DNA of 64,000 bases, taken from contig CAVPCT010000005.1 in assembly GCA_963702475.1 (NCBI GenBank), forward strand, positions 1,020,011-1,084,010, read 5' to 3'. This document shows, piece after piece, positions 30,742 through 42,716 of the stretch (position 1 is the stretch's first letter; each line of letters begins with the position of its first letter). The stretch comes from an uncultured Thermoleophilia bacterium (GTDB taxonomy: Bacteria; Actinomycetota; Thermoleophilia; UBA2241). Under the pieces are notes generated by a model that worked only from the letters and a program-made list of their open reading frames with translations, was not told where the DNA came from and made no database searches. The position numbers and the translations under genes were made by a program.

Positions 30742-32241
30742 CTATACCAGGCGGCGCGCGGGCCCGATGGCCGCTCGCAGCACGTCGCGAGGCGCCAGCC
30801 CCGGCTTGTCGCTCTTGATGAACCGGCAGCACATGACCACTTCGGGCAGCGAGAGACGAATCGGAGTCGGCGGGAAGTCGTCGGAGTGCCAAACGCGCGG
30901 ATCTGACAAGGCCGAGGCGTAGGAGACCTCGGAGATCGTGTAGCGATACTTACCCGAGGCCGCGGGTTCGATCCGGTCGCAGTACTCGAAGTCCACACGA
31001 CATCCGTCTCCCATGACTGCCCGCACTCCGTCGACGATCTGGCGCTCCGCATCGCCGGGTTGATCCGAACAGCGGACGATACGGACGAGGATGCTGCGTA
31101 GTCCTTCTGAATGAACTGGAAACGCGATACCCAATCACGAAAGAAGAGGAGATGCGTGAAGTAGCCCCCGTTGATCACGTTCCGTCCCGCAATCTGAAGG
31201 CGTCAACAGTCCTGCCCGTGACTCGCTGCAGCACGCGGGCAGCTTCTCCCTGCCATCCGGTTCCCGCAGGAGCAAGAGCGCCCCGATCGCCGATGCGGTA
31301 GCGGAGAAGGGGCATCGCGTAGTTCGTCAGGAGCGTCACGACCAATTCGCCTTCTATCCCGTCCGGCACGGGATTACCCGCATCGTCGAGGACCTCGATG
31401 TGCACGCCCCAAGGAGCTACCCACAGGCCGTCGCACTGAGGGATCTCACAGGCCATGTCGCCGACCTCGCGCGACCCGTACCGATTGAACACACGACAGC
31501 CGAAGACACGCTCGATCGTCTCTCGCATGAAGGGGTAGAGCGTGCCTGCCGACGTCATCACGGCGCGCTGAGGACGGACGGAGATGCCTTCACGTTCGGC
31601 GAAGGCAGCGACTTCGTACGCCGCCTGGGCATAGGACAAGAGAAGGTGAGGTGGTCGCCTGTTGAGCATCTCGATCAGATCGACCATGACCTCTCTCGTC
31701 ATCCTGAACGCGTTGACGGTCGTCGTGTTGGAGATCTGGGAGCGGATCCAGGCTCCCGCGCCTTGGCCGTTCTGAAGGATCTCTCGCTCGTCGCCCCAGA
31801 GGCGGATCTCGGGTTGCCCGAAGTCGCGACCGGCGAGGTGAGAGACAGGAGAGTAATGGCTCCCATGCGCGCCTCATAGGCGGAATCCTGAACCAGGCGC
31901 ACAGGCATGCCCGTCGACCCGCCCGAGGTATTGAAGTACCAGTTCCGGGACTCAATGTCGGCGGATCGGAGACGGGAGAAGTCGCGTCGAATGATTTCCT
32001 TCGTGAGCAGCGGCATCTGTCCGAGTGTCTCGAATGGGTCCGCCAGTGGACCACTTGGAATGAGATCCGCGTAGTACGGGACGTTGGCGCGCGCATGCTC
32101 CAGAAGGCGCCGCAGCTCGGAGACGGTCGTATCCACAGGGATTCCTTCTTCGAACTGCCGAAGATACTCGTCATAGAACGGGTACATCGAGTCGCCCCTG
32201 AGCGCACGCCAGACACGGTGAATGGACTGCCTAGGGTTCAT
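30742..32241 (-). CDS. Phenylacetate-CoA-ligase-family (CapK-like) protein
   Basis: PLLTKE, TSGGSTG, YGSREVG, MPLLRYRIGD and SGKYR motifs; several frameshifts, 3' end uncertain. Confidence 0.85.
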
Positions 32242-32415
32242 GCTCTCCCACAACCCCTCGCCTGCCAGTCGTTCTTGGGCCAGCATTCTGCAGGCGGAGA
32301 GCGTAGCACAGCGAGGACGATGGGCGTCGTCACCCTCTCAACGGCACGCCGGGCTCGCCGCTGGGCGAGGCGATGATCCACGGCGGGCCGCGGCTGGAGC
32401 AAGACCCCTTCTCCG

Positions 32416-33736
32416 CTATGCGGGAGGGATCTCGTCCTTCTTCAGACTGATTCCGCGGGTGGCTGAGGGCGAGTCGGATCTGCCGACGTCCGCCATGAAG
32501 GCGGCGAGTCGCCGGCACTGCGACACGACTTCGAACTCCCGTCGCGCCGTCTCGCGGCCTCGCGCTCCGACCTCGCGTGCCGCCGACGGGTCGGCGAACA
32601 TCTCGGCCAGCCGGGCGGCGAAGGCTGGCGTGTCGTCCGGAGGGACGAGGTAGCCGTCCACGCCATCGCGCAAGTACAGCGGGATGTCGCCCGTCGCCGT
32701 GACCACGACCGGCTTCGCAGTCGCCAGGTACTCCCCGAGCTTCGTCGGAAACCCAGCCGTCGAGAAGAGCCCACTGGCTCTGGGCAGCGCGAAGGCAGTG
32801 GGCTTCTCCCAGGAGACCCGGCAACTCGGCCCGCTCGACTCTGCCCGTGAACTCCACTCGCTCGCCCAAGCCCATATCCGCGGCACGGGCCCGGAACCTG
32901 TCCAATGCGCGCGAATCGCTGCTCCCACCGATGATCCTCAGGCTCCACTGCGGGAATCGTGCCGCGACCTCGCCAAAGGCGTCGAGCAGGCAGTCGACTT
33001 CTCCCGGGTGGTCGAGGTGCCCGACGTAACAGAGGAGGTCCCGCCGAGATGCGTCGTCCGCCGGCGACAGGTCGAACTCGTCCAGGTCGACGAGGATCGG
33101 GATACGGATGACCCGCGCTCCCCGGCGAACGCGTGCGAGGAAGTACTCCTCAAGACAGGTCGAGATCACGATGACCCCATCCACGAGCCGGAAGACGGTC
33201 TTCGCGTAGACCTGCGCCCATAGCCTCGTCAGGGTGGTGTCCGGCGCATACACGAAAGGATACTCGCTCTTCTCGAGCACACACGCCGAACCCGCGAGCC
33301 TGCACACCGCGACTGTCATGATGATCCAAAGCGAAGGGGTCCCGCCGAACAGGATCACGTTCGCAGGGCGCTGGCCGAGCGTGCCTCGCACCAGTCGCGC
33401 GAACCGAAGCGCCGAACGTACGTCACGCAGACGGCGGCGCGTGAACGTGGCTGCCCGATATGGACTGCCGCTCGAGTAGGTGAAAGGAATACCCCGATAC
33501 AGGCCGTCGGCCTGACGGTTCTTCGCACCTTCGGCGCTGCGCTCGCTCCATCGCAGGCACACGACTCCGACCTCCCATCCGGCGGCGCGCAGCCCCTTGG
33601 CGTACGCATGGATGCGCGCCGCCGCGCCCGCCCCATTGGGGAAGCCGAATGCGCCGGCGATAAGGAGTCTCCGGCGGTCTCTCCGTTCGACCGACCTGCT
33701 GTGTGATGCTCGACGCTGCACGGCGTCATGATACAT
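32416..33736 (-). CDS. GT4 glycosyltransferase
   Basis: FPNG.GA..R, DGVIVIS..L and GFPTKLGEYLATAKPVV motifs; frameshift near 32810. Confidence 0.85.
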
Positions 33737-34061
33737 GCGCACCGTAGGTGAGTCCCGTGACGGGCTTACCGCACGAGGATGTCCCCAGGGTCACTGTCGG
33801 TGTCCGGTCCTGCCGTCGGAGGACGGCGAGGGGTCCCGGGGCAGTGGACTCAGGGAGAGCGCGGTCGGCCAGGCCGAGGCGGTCGTTGGTCCGCGAGCCG
33901 TCGGAGCGACTGGCCGCCGTGCAGCTGTGCATCTCCGACGCCCACGTGGGTCTGAACCGCGTCTCTACATGCTCGGCTGTCCCTGTCCAACGGCTGCAGC
34001 GTCCTCGTCGTGAGAACGAATGTGGCGAATGGCCGCGCTCGAGGCCGGCACGTCGTTGAAT

Positions 34062-34724
34062 CTAGTCGCTGGTCTCGTGCCGGTCGTTCTGGCGGAACCG
34101 CTTGGGAACCGACCCCCGTAGAGGCGTACGCATCAGATAGGCTTTGGGGTCGCGGCGGTACTCCTCTTCATCGAAATCGGGGGTCGCCGCGAGCGACCAC
34201 TCCGCGTACTGCTGAACGGTCATCACGGGCTCGGCTGGGTTGCCGGCGGCAAGGACACCCGGGGGAATGCTCCGTGTGACGACCGAGCCTGCAGCAATCA
34301 CACAGTCCGGTCCTATGGTCACCCCCGGGAGGATGATGACTCCCCACCCGATGACGCAGTTGTCTCGAATGTCGATTCGGCCGAACTTGTGCACTTTCCC
34401 GTACCGCTCCGGATCGAGAGTCTGGAATACCTGGATGCCGCCGTCATGGGTGATCATCGCAACGCGGGCGGCGAAGCTCACATTGCGCCCGATGCTGATC
34501 AGAAAGGGTTCGGAGCCGAAACTCCGGGAGGCCTGAGAAGCGCAGTCGTCGCCGATGACGGCCCCGGCTCGGCGAGCGCGCCGGATGCCCAGGCGAAGAC
34601 GCCATTCGCGCAGCTGAGCCGTGCTTGAACGAAGACGTTGGGCATGCGATCCCCGTGCCTGACGAAGGACCGCGTGCTGTGCGCGTGACCCGGCGATCTG
34701 CGCAGAACTCATGACCAGCATCAT
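34062..34724 (-). CDS. Hexapeptide-repeat (left-handed beta-helix) acyltransferase
   Basis: FGSEPFLISIG...THDGG...[16 protein letters not shown]...AGNPA; start uncertain. Confidence 0.85.
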   Translation of the reverse strand: MMLVMSSAQIAGSRAQHAVLRQARGSHAQRLRSSTAQLREWRLRLGIRRARRAGAVIGDDCASQASRSFGSEPFLISIGRNVSFAARVAMITHDGGIQVFQTLDPERYGKVHKFGRIDIRDNCVIGWGVIILPGVTIGPDCVIAAGSVVTRSIPPGVLAAGNPAEPVMTVQQYAEWSLAATPDFDEEEYRRDPKAYLMRTPLRGSVPKRFRQNDRHETSD

Positions 34725-34967
34725 TCCAGCGTGCCACACCGTGTATCCTCGCCGACGTGCGAACCACATCGACGATGCCGCCTCGAAGATGGTCAGGGGT
34801 TGGGAAACGCTCCAGTCCATTGACTCACAGGATACAGCGCCGGCACGACTCGTCGACCGCCGCGCGACTGGCACATCGCTGGAATCCGACTATGCTCCTC
34901 AAGGTAGACTGTCCGCATTGTCGAGACATGCGGAGAACCATCGACACGGAAGGCGCGAAGGACCACT

Positions 34968-35234
34968 TTGGAGACATACGAAGCTGTTGCAGCCAAGATC
35001 CGCGACTACCTCTCGCGGAACTTCCTGTTCAGCGACCACGGGTTCGAGTACGACGATGATGCGTCGTTCCTGGAACTGGGCATCATCGACTCCTTCGGCT
35101 TCATGGAGCTACTCCAGTGGGTACAGGAGGGGTTCAGCATCTCCGTGGCCGATGATGAACTCGTTCCCGACAACTTCGATTCGATCCGCAAGCTGAGCTC
35201 GTTCATCCTCGGCAAGAAGAGCGGCGGCGCCTGA
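34968..35234 (+). CDS. Acyl carrier protein
   Basis: 88 aa acidic protein with the LGIIDSFG phosphopantetheine site and a PDNFDSI tail. Confidence 0.92.
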   Translation: METYEAVAAKIRDYLSRNFLFSDHGFEYDDDASFLELGIIDSFGFMELLQWVQEGFSISVADDELVPDNFDSIRKLSSFILGKKSGGA

Positions 35235-35280
35235 GAGGCCACCGATGCTTGTTCGCCGGTACCGCCGCGCGTCTTTCGCG

Positions 35281-35299
35281 GAGTCGCGCTGACGCGACA
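35281..35299. promoter_or_regulatory. Palindromic GTCGC-N6-GCGAC motif
   Basis: GAGTCGCGCTGACGCGACA in the intergenic region upstream of 35455. Confidence 0.4.
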
Positions 35300-35454
35300 A
35301 CGATGTCCTCGGCAGGGTCACAAGCCCGGTCTAGTGGCCATGAGAGTCCGGCAGGAGCTCCTTCTCATTCTCGGCTTGGCAGTCGGGCTTGTGTCTCGAC
35401 TGGCCGGATGACTCTCGGGGACGACGGTCAAGCCAATCAGGAGGTGGTGCCTCG

Positions 35455-36207
35455 ATGAAGATCGTGTTTCTTCACCACAGCACCGGAGAAGTGGTGTGGG
35501 TTGGCACTACGTCCAAGGTGAACTCCAAGGTCTTCGGCAAGAGCGCCGTGAAGAGCTGGATGAACACCTACAACAAGAAGAACAACACGAGCTACGAGAT
35601 CGAGGAGATGTTCTTCCCGACGACGAAGCAGGGCTACCCTTGGGCCAACTACCCGTATGACTACTACAACATCTGGGTGAAGCATGCCGGCGACGCACCC
35701 TACCGGGGCGAGCCTACGCTCGAGATGCTGACGAAGCAGCACGACGTCATCGTGTGGAAGCACTGCTACCCGGTCGGGCACATCCTCCCAGACACCGGGA
35801 CCCCCAACGTCGACTCTGAGGAGAAGCGTCTCGAGAACTACAAGCTGCAGTACGCGGAGCTCCGGGACAAGATGCTCTCCTTCCCTGACACGAAGTTCAT
35901 CGTCTGGACCGGCGCCGCGTTGACCGAAGCGACGACCTCGCCGGAAGAGGCGCAGCGCACCCGGGAGTTCTTCGACTGGGTCAAGACGGAGTGGGACCAG
36001 CCCGGCGACAACATCTTCTTGTGGGACTTCTACGAGCTCGAGACCGAGGGTGGCCTCTATCTGAAGCCGGAGTACGCGAAAGGGCCGGACAACTCGCACC
36101 CGACCCCTGAGTTCGGGGAGAGGGTCGCCCCCTTGTTCGGGCAGAGGATCGTCGACGTCATCGACGGGAGGGGCGACTCGGCATCGCTGACGGGTGCGGC
36201 CGACTAG
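35455..36207 (+). CDS. HHSTG SGNH-like protein without signal peptide
   Basis: GGAGG RBS; KIVFLHHSTG, WKHCYP, WDFYELE and DNSHP motifs; paralog of the 14686 domain. Confidence 0.8.
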   Translation: MKIVFLHHSTGEVVWVGTTSKVNSKVFGKSAVKSWMNTYNKKNNTSYEIEEMFFPTTKQGYPWANYPYDYYNIWVKHAGDAPYRGEPTLEMLTKQHDVIVWKHCYPVGHILPDTGTPNVDSEEKRLENYKLQYAELRDKMLSFPDTKFIVWTGAALTEATTSPEEAQRTREFFDWVKTEWDQPGDNIFLWDFYELETEGGLYLKPEYAKGPDNSHPTPEFGERVAPLFGQRIVDVIDGRGDSASLTGAAD

Positions 36208-36239
36208 CCGGCGCGAAGAGGCATCGGAGACCGCGCCAG

Positions 36240-38215
36240 ATGTGCGGCATCGTCGGGGTCTGCGACCTCGGCAGAGCTCGGCCCGTGCAGGAGTCGACCC
36301 TCCGCGCCATGCTCGGGACGATCCGCCACCGGGGCCCGGACCAATTCGGCATCTACCTCGACGACCATGTCGGTCTCGGCAACGCACGCCTCAGCATCAT
36401 CGACCTGAGCACCGGGCAGCAACCCATCTCCAACGAAGATGAGTCCCTGTGGATCGTGTTCAACGGGGAGGTCTTCAATCACCCGGAGCTGAGACTCGAG
36501 CTGGAGAGCCGGGGGCATCGATTCGCGACCGCGTGCGACACCGAAGTCGTCCTTCACGCGTATGAAGAGTACGGTCCGGACTGCCTGTCCCGCTTCAACG
36601 GCCAGTTCGCCATCGCCATCTGGAACAGCCGAGACCGCAGCTTGTTCATGGCCCGCGATCGTCTGGGTGTTCGCCCCCTCTTCTACACTGAGGCCGACGG
36701 TGCCTTGGTCTTCGGCTCCGAAATAAAGGCGATCCTGGCCGGCCCCGGCGTCACCGCGTCCCCCGATCCTGTGGCTCTCGACCAGATCTTCACGTTCTGG
36801 AGCACCCTCTCGCCGAGGACGTTCTTCCGAGGGATCGCGGAGCTGCCTCCCGGCCACTACATGCTCGTGAGGGACGGCCGCGTCACGGTCCGCCGCTACT
36901 GGGAGCTGACCTTTCCCGAGGACTCTGCCGCGCCCCGACGACCGACGCAGGAGTACGCGCAGGAACTGCGGGATCTTCTCATCGACGCCACGCGGATCCG
37001 ACTGCGGGCGGACGTCCCTGTGGGCGCCTACCTCAGCGGAGGGCTAGATTCGTCGACGGTCACGGCGGTCATCCGGAGCCAGACTACGAATCCCCTGGAG
37101 ACGTTCTCGATCGCGTTCACAGACGCCCACTACGACGAGAGCGGCTTCCAGAGCATGATGGCCAAGGCCTTGGGCACCGAACACCACGTCGTGCACGCTA
37201 CCCATGCCGACATCGGAGAGGTGTTCCCCGAGGTGATCTGGCATGCGGAGACCCCGCTGATGAGGACGTCCCCAGCGCCGATGTACCTCCTGTCAGGCCT
37301 CGTGCGGGACAACTACTTCAAGGTGGTCCTCTCGGGTGAAGGAGCCGACGAGGTGATGGCCGGCTACGACATCTTCCGCGAGGCGAAGATCCGCCGCTTC
37401 TGGGCCGAGACAACCCGACTCCAGGTGCCGTCCGGCCCTGTTGAACCGCATCTACCCGTGGATGCCGGGAGCGACGGGGTCGGACTACGTCAAGGCGTTC
37501 TTCGGCATAGGCCTCACGGACGTTGACTCCCGGGACTACTCGCACAGCCTCAGATGGCGCACGACCGCCAGAGCCAAGCGGTTCTTCAGTCAGGAGCTAC
37601 GACAGGCCATCGGAGCCGGCGATGGAGACCTGACGCCCTTCTACCCCGAGGCGTTCGACCGCTGGGATCCCCTGCATCAGGCCCAGTACCTCGAGACCAC
37701 CATCCTCCTCTCGCAGTACCTTCTGTCGTCTCAAGGTGACAGGATGGCGATGGCGCATTCTGTCGAGGGACGATTCCCCTTCCTGGACCACCGGGTGGTC
37801 GAGTTCGGCAGTCAGTTGCCGCCCTCACTCAAGCTGAACGGACTCACGGAGAAGTACCTGCTGAAGGAGGTCAGCCGCGAATGGCTTCCGGCCGTGATCA
37901 GCGACCGGCCCAAACAGCCCTACCGGGCCCCCATCCATCGAGCCTTCTTCAACGACTCGCCGCCGGACTACGTCGAGGAGGTGCTCTCGAGGTCGTGCCC
38001 TGGAGGTCTCGGGCTACTTCAATGCGCGTGCGGTGGGTCAGCTTGTGGGCAAGCTCAAACGGGGTCTCCCGCTGGGAGAGACGGACGACATGGCTCTGGC
38101 GGGCATCGTCTCGACCCAGCTGGTGGACCGGCAGTTCATCTCCAGTCCCAGACCGCCCATGCCTCTTGACGACAGCGATGACGTGAAGGTCGTCGTCGTG
38201 AAGCAGTCATCCTGA
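36240..38215 (+). CDS. asnB: Asparagine synthase (glutamine-hydrolysing)-family amidotransferase
   Basis: MCGI N-terminus, HRGPD, LSGGLDSS, SGEGADE and EGRFPFLD motifs; frameshifts near 37410 and 37995. Confidence 0.92.
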
Positions 38216-38232
38216 AGGGAGCAGCTTTGTCA

Positions 38233-39224
38233 ATGAACAGAGGTGTTCTTCGTATCGACGCCGCGGCCGAGACGGACCGCATCGTGCAGTGGCTGAAGGA
38301 GAACGTGCGCGCCTTCCACCGGAGCGGCGCCGTGCTGGGCATCAGCGGCGGAATCGATTCCTCCGTGTGCCTGGCCCTGTCCGTCAAGGCGTTCGGTCCC
38401 GAGCGAGTGGTGGCCCTTCTGATGCCCGACAGGGACTCGGACCCCATCTCGGAGGATCTGGCACGAGCGCTGGCTGCCCACTACGGCGTCACTCCCGTCC
38501 TGGAGCCGATCACTCCGGCCCTGGACGGCTTCGCGTGCTACGCGCGCCGTGACGAAGCCATGGCTCGCGTCTTTCCCGAGTACGACCCCAAGGCCGGCTA
38601 CATGGCTAAGATCGTCCTCCCGTCCGGACTGCTTGACGCGGGCACCCTGAACGTCTTCCACCTGACTATCGTCACGCCGGACGGTCAGGAGAAGAGCGCC
38701 CGCTTGGCACCGCGGGAGTTCGCCCAGATCGTGGCCGCATCCAACTTCAAGCAGCGCACCCGCACGACATGCTCTACTACCATGCGGAGCTCCGCAACTA
38801 CGCGGTCGTCGGTACCCCGAACAAGAATGAACGCGACCAGGGGTTCTTCGTCAAGTACGGCGACGGGGGCTACGACCTCGGCCCCATAGCGCACCTGTAC
38901 AAGACCCAGGTCTACCAGTTGGCCCGCCACCTGAACGTTCCCGAGGCCATCCAGAAGCGCACGCCCACCACGGACACCTACAGCGCCCCTTCCACTCAGG
39001 AGGAGTTCTTCTTCCGCCTCCCCTACGAGACCATGGACTTGCTCTGGTACGCCCAGGAGAATCAGATCTCAGTGGAAGAGACCGCGCTCGCCCTGGACAT
39101 GTCCCCCGACCAGGTGCGCAACGCCTTCGCCGACTTCGCTCGCAAGAACAGGACTACTCACTACCTGCGCGCAGCTCCCTTGGACATGGCCGGCCTCGGG
39201 GCTCCGGTTCCTGAGACGGGCTGA
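38233..39224 (+). CDS. nadE: NAD+ synthetase-like ATP pyrophosphatase
   Basis: GISGGIDS, NFKQRTR, GFFVKYGDG and LYKTQVY motifs; frameshift near 38765. Confidence 0.85.
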
Positions 39225-39376
39225 GGGCAGTCCCACGGCACGCTTCCACATCGCTTGGGGGCACTGAGGTGGCCACCCACCCGAGGCCGAGGTCAGGTCA
39301 CCGAGCACCAGCCAGGACTCCCGGTCGTCTGGTGCGCTAGACTGACCGGCCAAGGACGTGGAGCAGGGGGTCGCGC

Positions 39377-40389
39377 ATGGGTCATGGGACGGAGGTTCAG
39401 GAGAGGGCGTCGAGGCTTCTGGAGCAGTTGACCGCCGTTCTCCGGGATCGGAACCGCAGACTCCTCGAAGTCTGGCCTCTCACAGGCTACATGGCCTGCC
39501 TTGACAGGTATCCTGTGATAGCCGCGCTTGAGTATCGGAGCCGCGAAGTGCAGCGGGCATGCGACGCGATCAGCTGCGCAGTGGGGGACGATGGTCTCGA
39601 GCTGTATCACCGGGTGCTGTTGCTCGCCTTGGTTGTGCGTGCGACAGGCACGTTGCCGCATCTGGATCTGCCGGAGGACATCGACGTGCTGTACGAGGAG
39701 AACTTCGCTCGAATCGTGCAGGACATCGAGACGAGCATGGACCGCCCTACGCTCTATGTGTATCCATCCTCTCCGTTCTACAAGGACCTGGGGCTCTGCA
39801 CTCTCCGGCTGGTCCCCGCCGGCGTCGAGAAGGTCCACGCCTCCCGTCTACCGAGACGCATGTTCGTGGCGGGCGGCCTCCGGGGCGGACTCGATGCGCT
39901 GCACTTCGCCCTTCCTCTCAAGCGTGACCTGGGGCCCTACTATCAGATGCACCTCCACTCCCAGGACGCCCAGGCGATGCGCGCGTTCAATCCCAGAGGA
40001 TGGGCCGAGTTCTATCTGCGCATCGCCAAGCTGCTGCGACGGGATCCCGCATGAAGGGCCTCTTCGGCGTGTCCTGGTTCCGCGATCCGGCGCTGTCACA
40101 CATCTCGCCTCACCTCACGCGTCTGACCACCATGGTCACCGACCATGGCGCTCGTCTGTTCCCCCTTGGATCCTGCAAGGCTGAGGGCATACGGGACGCG
40201 ACGGCGAAGTCGAAGACCCGCCGCCGGCTGTACGAACGGGGCGCGTACCGCCCGATGGAGTACCTGCTGGTATGGCCGAGGAAGGAGCTGCTCGCCTGGG
40301 CGGACGCGGGGCCGGAGCTTGACTCCTATCCCGGCGAGCGCGTCCGGACGCCAGCCAGCGACCGGGACGGAGAGGAACGATGCACATGA
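39377..40389 (+). CDS. Hypothetical protein, possibly acyltransferase-like
   Basis: Two fragments joined by a frameshift near 40050 (FYKDL.LC, MHLH, GLFGVSWF.DP.L..ISP). Confidence 0.55.
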
Positions 40390-41535
40390 GAGACAGGCTC
40401 GGGTTTCTCGTGTCGGTCACCACCCATGGACTCCCTCTCTACGTGACGGAGTTCTTGCGCCCGCGTCCGCGGCCCGCCCACATCCTCTTCTGCATGGTGG
40501 ACCACTTCGAACCGGGGACGGGGCAAGTCGACCTCCGCACAGAGAAGCAGAGGATGGCTGAGTTGGTGCTGAAGTACCCGGCCCTTGCCGATGCGCATGC
40601 CGATGCATCCGGGCAACGCCCCCGGCGGACCTGGTTCTTCCCGCCCCATTACCACCGTAACGGGAACCTGCGCGAGCTTGTCGCTCTCTGCGAGCGCGGG
40701 TACGGTGAGATCGAGCTTCACCTGCATCACGGCAATACCGAGCCCGACACGCCGGAGAACCTGCGCCGTACGATCGGCTTGTGCCTGCGTGACTACTCGC
40801 GCTTCGGGGTGTTCGGAATGGAAGGCGGGCGGCGGCGCTATGGCTTCATCCACGGCAACTGGGCCCTGAACAACTCACTGCCCGACGGGCGATTCTGCGG
40901 GGTGGACAATGAGCTTTCCATCCTCCAGGAGACGGGCTGCTACGCGGATCTGACGTTCCCCAGCTGCGGGAGGAGCAACCCGGTGCAGATCAACCGCATC
41001 TACTACGCGGATGTCGATCGCCACTGGCCCAAGTCTTATGCGACCGGCGTCCTTGCCAGAGCGGGAGCCGGGCCCCAGGCAGGTCTCCTCATGATCCAGG
41101 GCCCGGTGCGGCCGGTGCTGGTCGAACGGCAAGCTGACCTTCGGCGATGCCATCGACAATCGAAGGCCACCCTCGAGGAAGATAATCGACGGGTGGGTCG
41201 CCACCTCGATCCACGTGGCCGGGAAGCCTGACTGGATCATCGTCAAGGCACATACCCACGGGGCGGTCAGCGGGGAGACAGTGCTCGGCAGGCCGATGCA
41301 CCAAGTATTCGGCTACCTGGAAGCAGCCTACAACGATGGGTCGGCGTACGTGCTCCACTACGTCACGGCTCGCGAGCTGCACAACATCATCCGAGCTGCG
41401 GAGGCGGGGGAGGTGGGCGACCCGGACGAGTATCGCGACTACCGCGTCGGTCCACCGTCCTACGACTCGAGCCCCGACATAGTCGAGGCTTCCGAGGATC
41501 TGACGGAGGCCGTGTCGAGGACCTATCGCGGCTAG
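40380..41535 (+). CDS. Hypothetical His-rich protein, possibly deacetylase-like metallohydrolase
   Basis: VDHFEP, ELHLHH, FIHGNWAL, KAHTHG and YVTARE motifs; frameshift near 41130. Confidence 0.7.
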
Positions 41536-41765
41536 AATCGCTCCACGGTCGTTGCCGTCACTCTGCACTCCGCTGTCATCGTGAGGGGCGCAGCCCGCAC
41601 GGCGGCAAACGAACCGGACACGGGTGCGCGACCAGCCGTTCCCAGACCCAGCTGAGCCTGCTCCGACGAAGCTCGGGAGGGCTCCATTTCCGACCGGCGT
41701 GGTAGGTCAGCGTCCTACCGGCCGTGACCCGCGGATACGATATGCTGTCGGCAGGAGGTACTGCT

Positions 41766-42716
41766 ATGAAGACGCTGGTCACCGGTGGCGCAGGCTTCAT
41801 CGGCTCGAACATCGTTCGGCGGCTCGAGGCACTTGGCCACGAGCCGGTGGTCCTCGACGACATCTCGAGCGGGTATCGCGAGAATCTTATGCCGGGTGTC
41901 GCATTCATCGAGGGCGACGTGCGCGACACTGCGACCGTCGCGGAAGCGATACAGGGCTGCGGAGTCGTGCTGCACCTGGCGGCGAGCGTAGGGAACGCCG
42001 CTCGCATCGCCGACCCGCAGAAGGACGCAGCGATCAACGTCATCGGCACACTCAACGTGCTCGAGGCGGCGCGCACGCACGGCATCAAGCGCGTCGTCTT
42101 CTCCTCGTCGGCGGGCATCTTCGGCGAGCTCAAGACCCTGCCCATCGCCGAGGACCATCCCCAGGACCCCGACTCGCCCTACGGCGCGAGCAAGCTCGCC
42201 GCCGAGAAGATGTGCCTTGTCTACAACAAGCTGTACGGCATGAAGAACGTCGGCCTGCGCTACTTCAACGTCTACGGCCTGCGCCAGCGCTTCGATGCCT
42301 ATGGCAACGTCATCCCGATCTTCGCCGAGCGGATGCTCAAGGGCGAGACGATCACGATCTACGGCGACGGTGAGCAGACCCGCGACTTCGTGAACGTCGC
42401 CGACGTCGCGGCCGCCAACGTGGCAGCCGCCTTCACGCCGGACGTCAGCGGCGTGTTCAACATCGGCAGCGGTGAGCGCATCACGATCAATGAGCTTGCG
42501 CGCCTCATGCAGGAGGCCAGCGACAGGGAAGTTGGCGTAGAGTACGGGCCGGAACGGCCCGGTGACGTCCGAGACAGCCTCGCCGACATCTCGGCGGCTC
42601 GTGCCGCCTTTGGATTCGCGCCGTCAGTACGCATAGAAGGGCCGGGCCTTCGGGAGTACATGGAGTGGGTGGCACACGACCCGGTGACACAGGCGCGACT
42701 GGTCGGGGAGGCCTAG
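41766..42716 (+). CDS. NAD-dependent sugar-nucleotide 4-epimerase
   Basis: GGAGG RBS; VTGGAGFIGS, YGASK, RYFNVYG and QTRDF motifs. Confidence 0.92.
   Translation: MKTLVTGGAGFIGSNIVRRLEALGHEPVVLDDISSGYRENLMPGVAFIEGDVRDTATVAEAIQGCGVVLHLAASVGNAARIADPQKDAAINVIGTLNVLEAARTHGIKRVVFSSSAGIFGELKTLPIAEDHPQDPDSPYGASKLAAEKMCLVYNKLYGMKNVGLRYFNVYGLRQRFDAYGNVIPIFAERMLKGETITIYGDGEQTRDFVNVADVAAANVAAAFTPDVSGVFNIGSGERITINELARLMQEASDREVGVEYGPERPGDVRDSLADISAARAAFGFAPSVRIEGPGLREYMEWVAHDPVTQARLVGEA

Noticed and set aside
12681-35234. NRPS/PKS secondary-metabolite cluster inferred from the adenylation enzyme plus ACP
   Set aside because: No condensation, ketosynthase or thioesterase genes are seen, and the context is glycan biosynthesis.
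36240-39224. Programmed frameshifting or phase variation in asnB and nadE
   Set aside because: No consistent slippery sequences or long homopolymers at the breaks, and the same kind of break occurs throughout the window.
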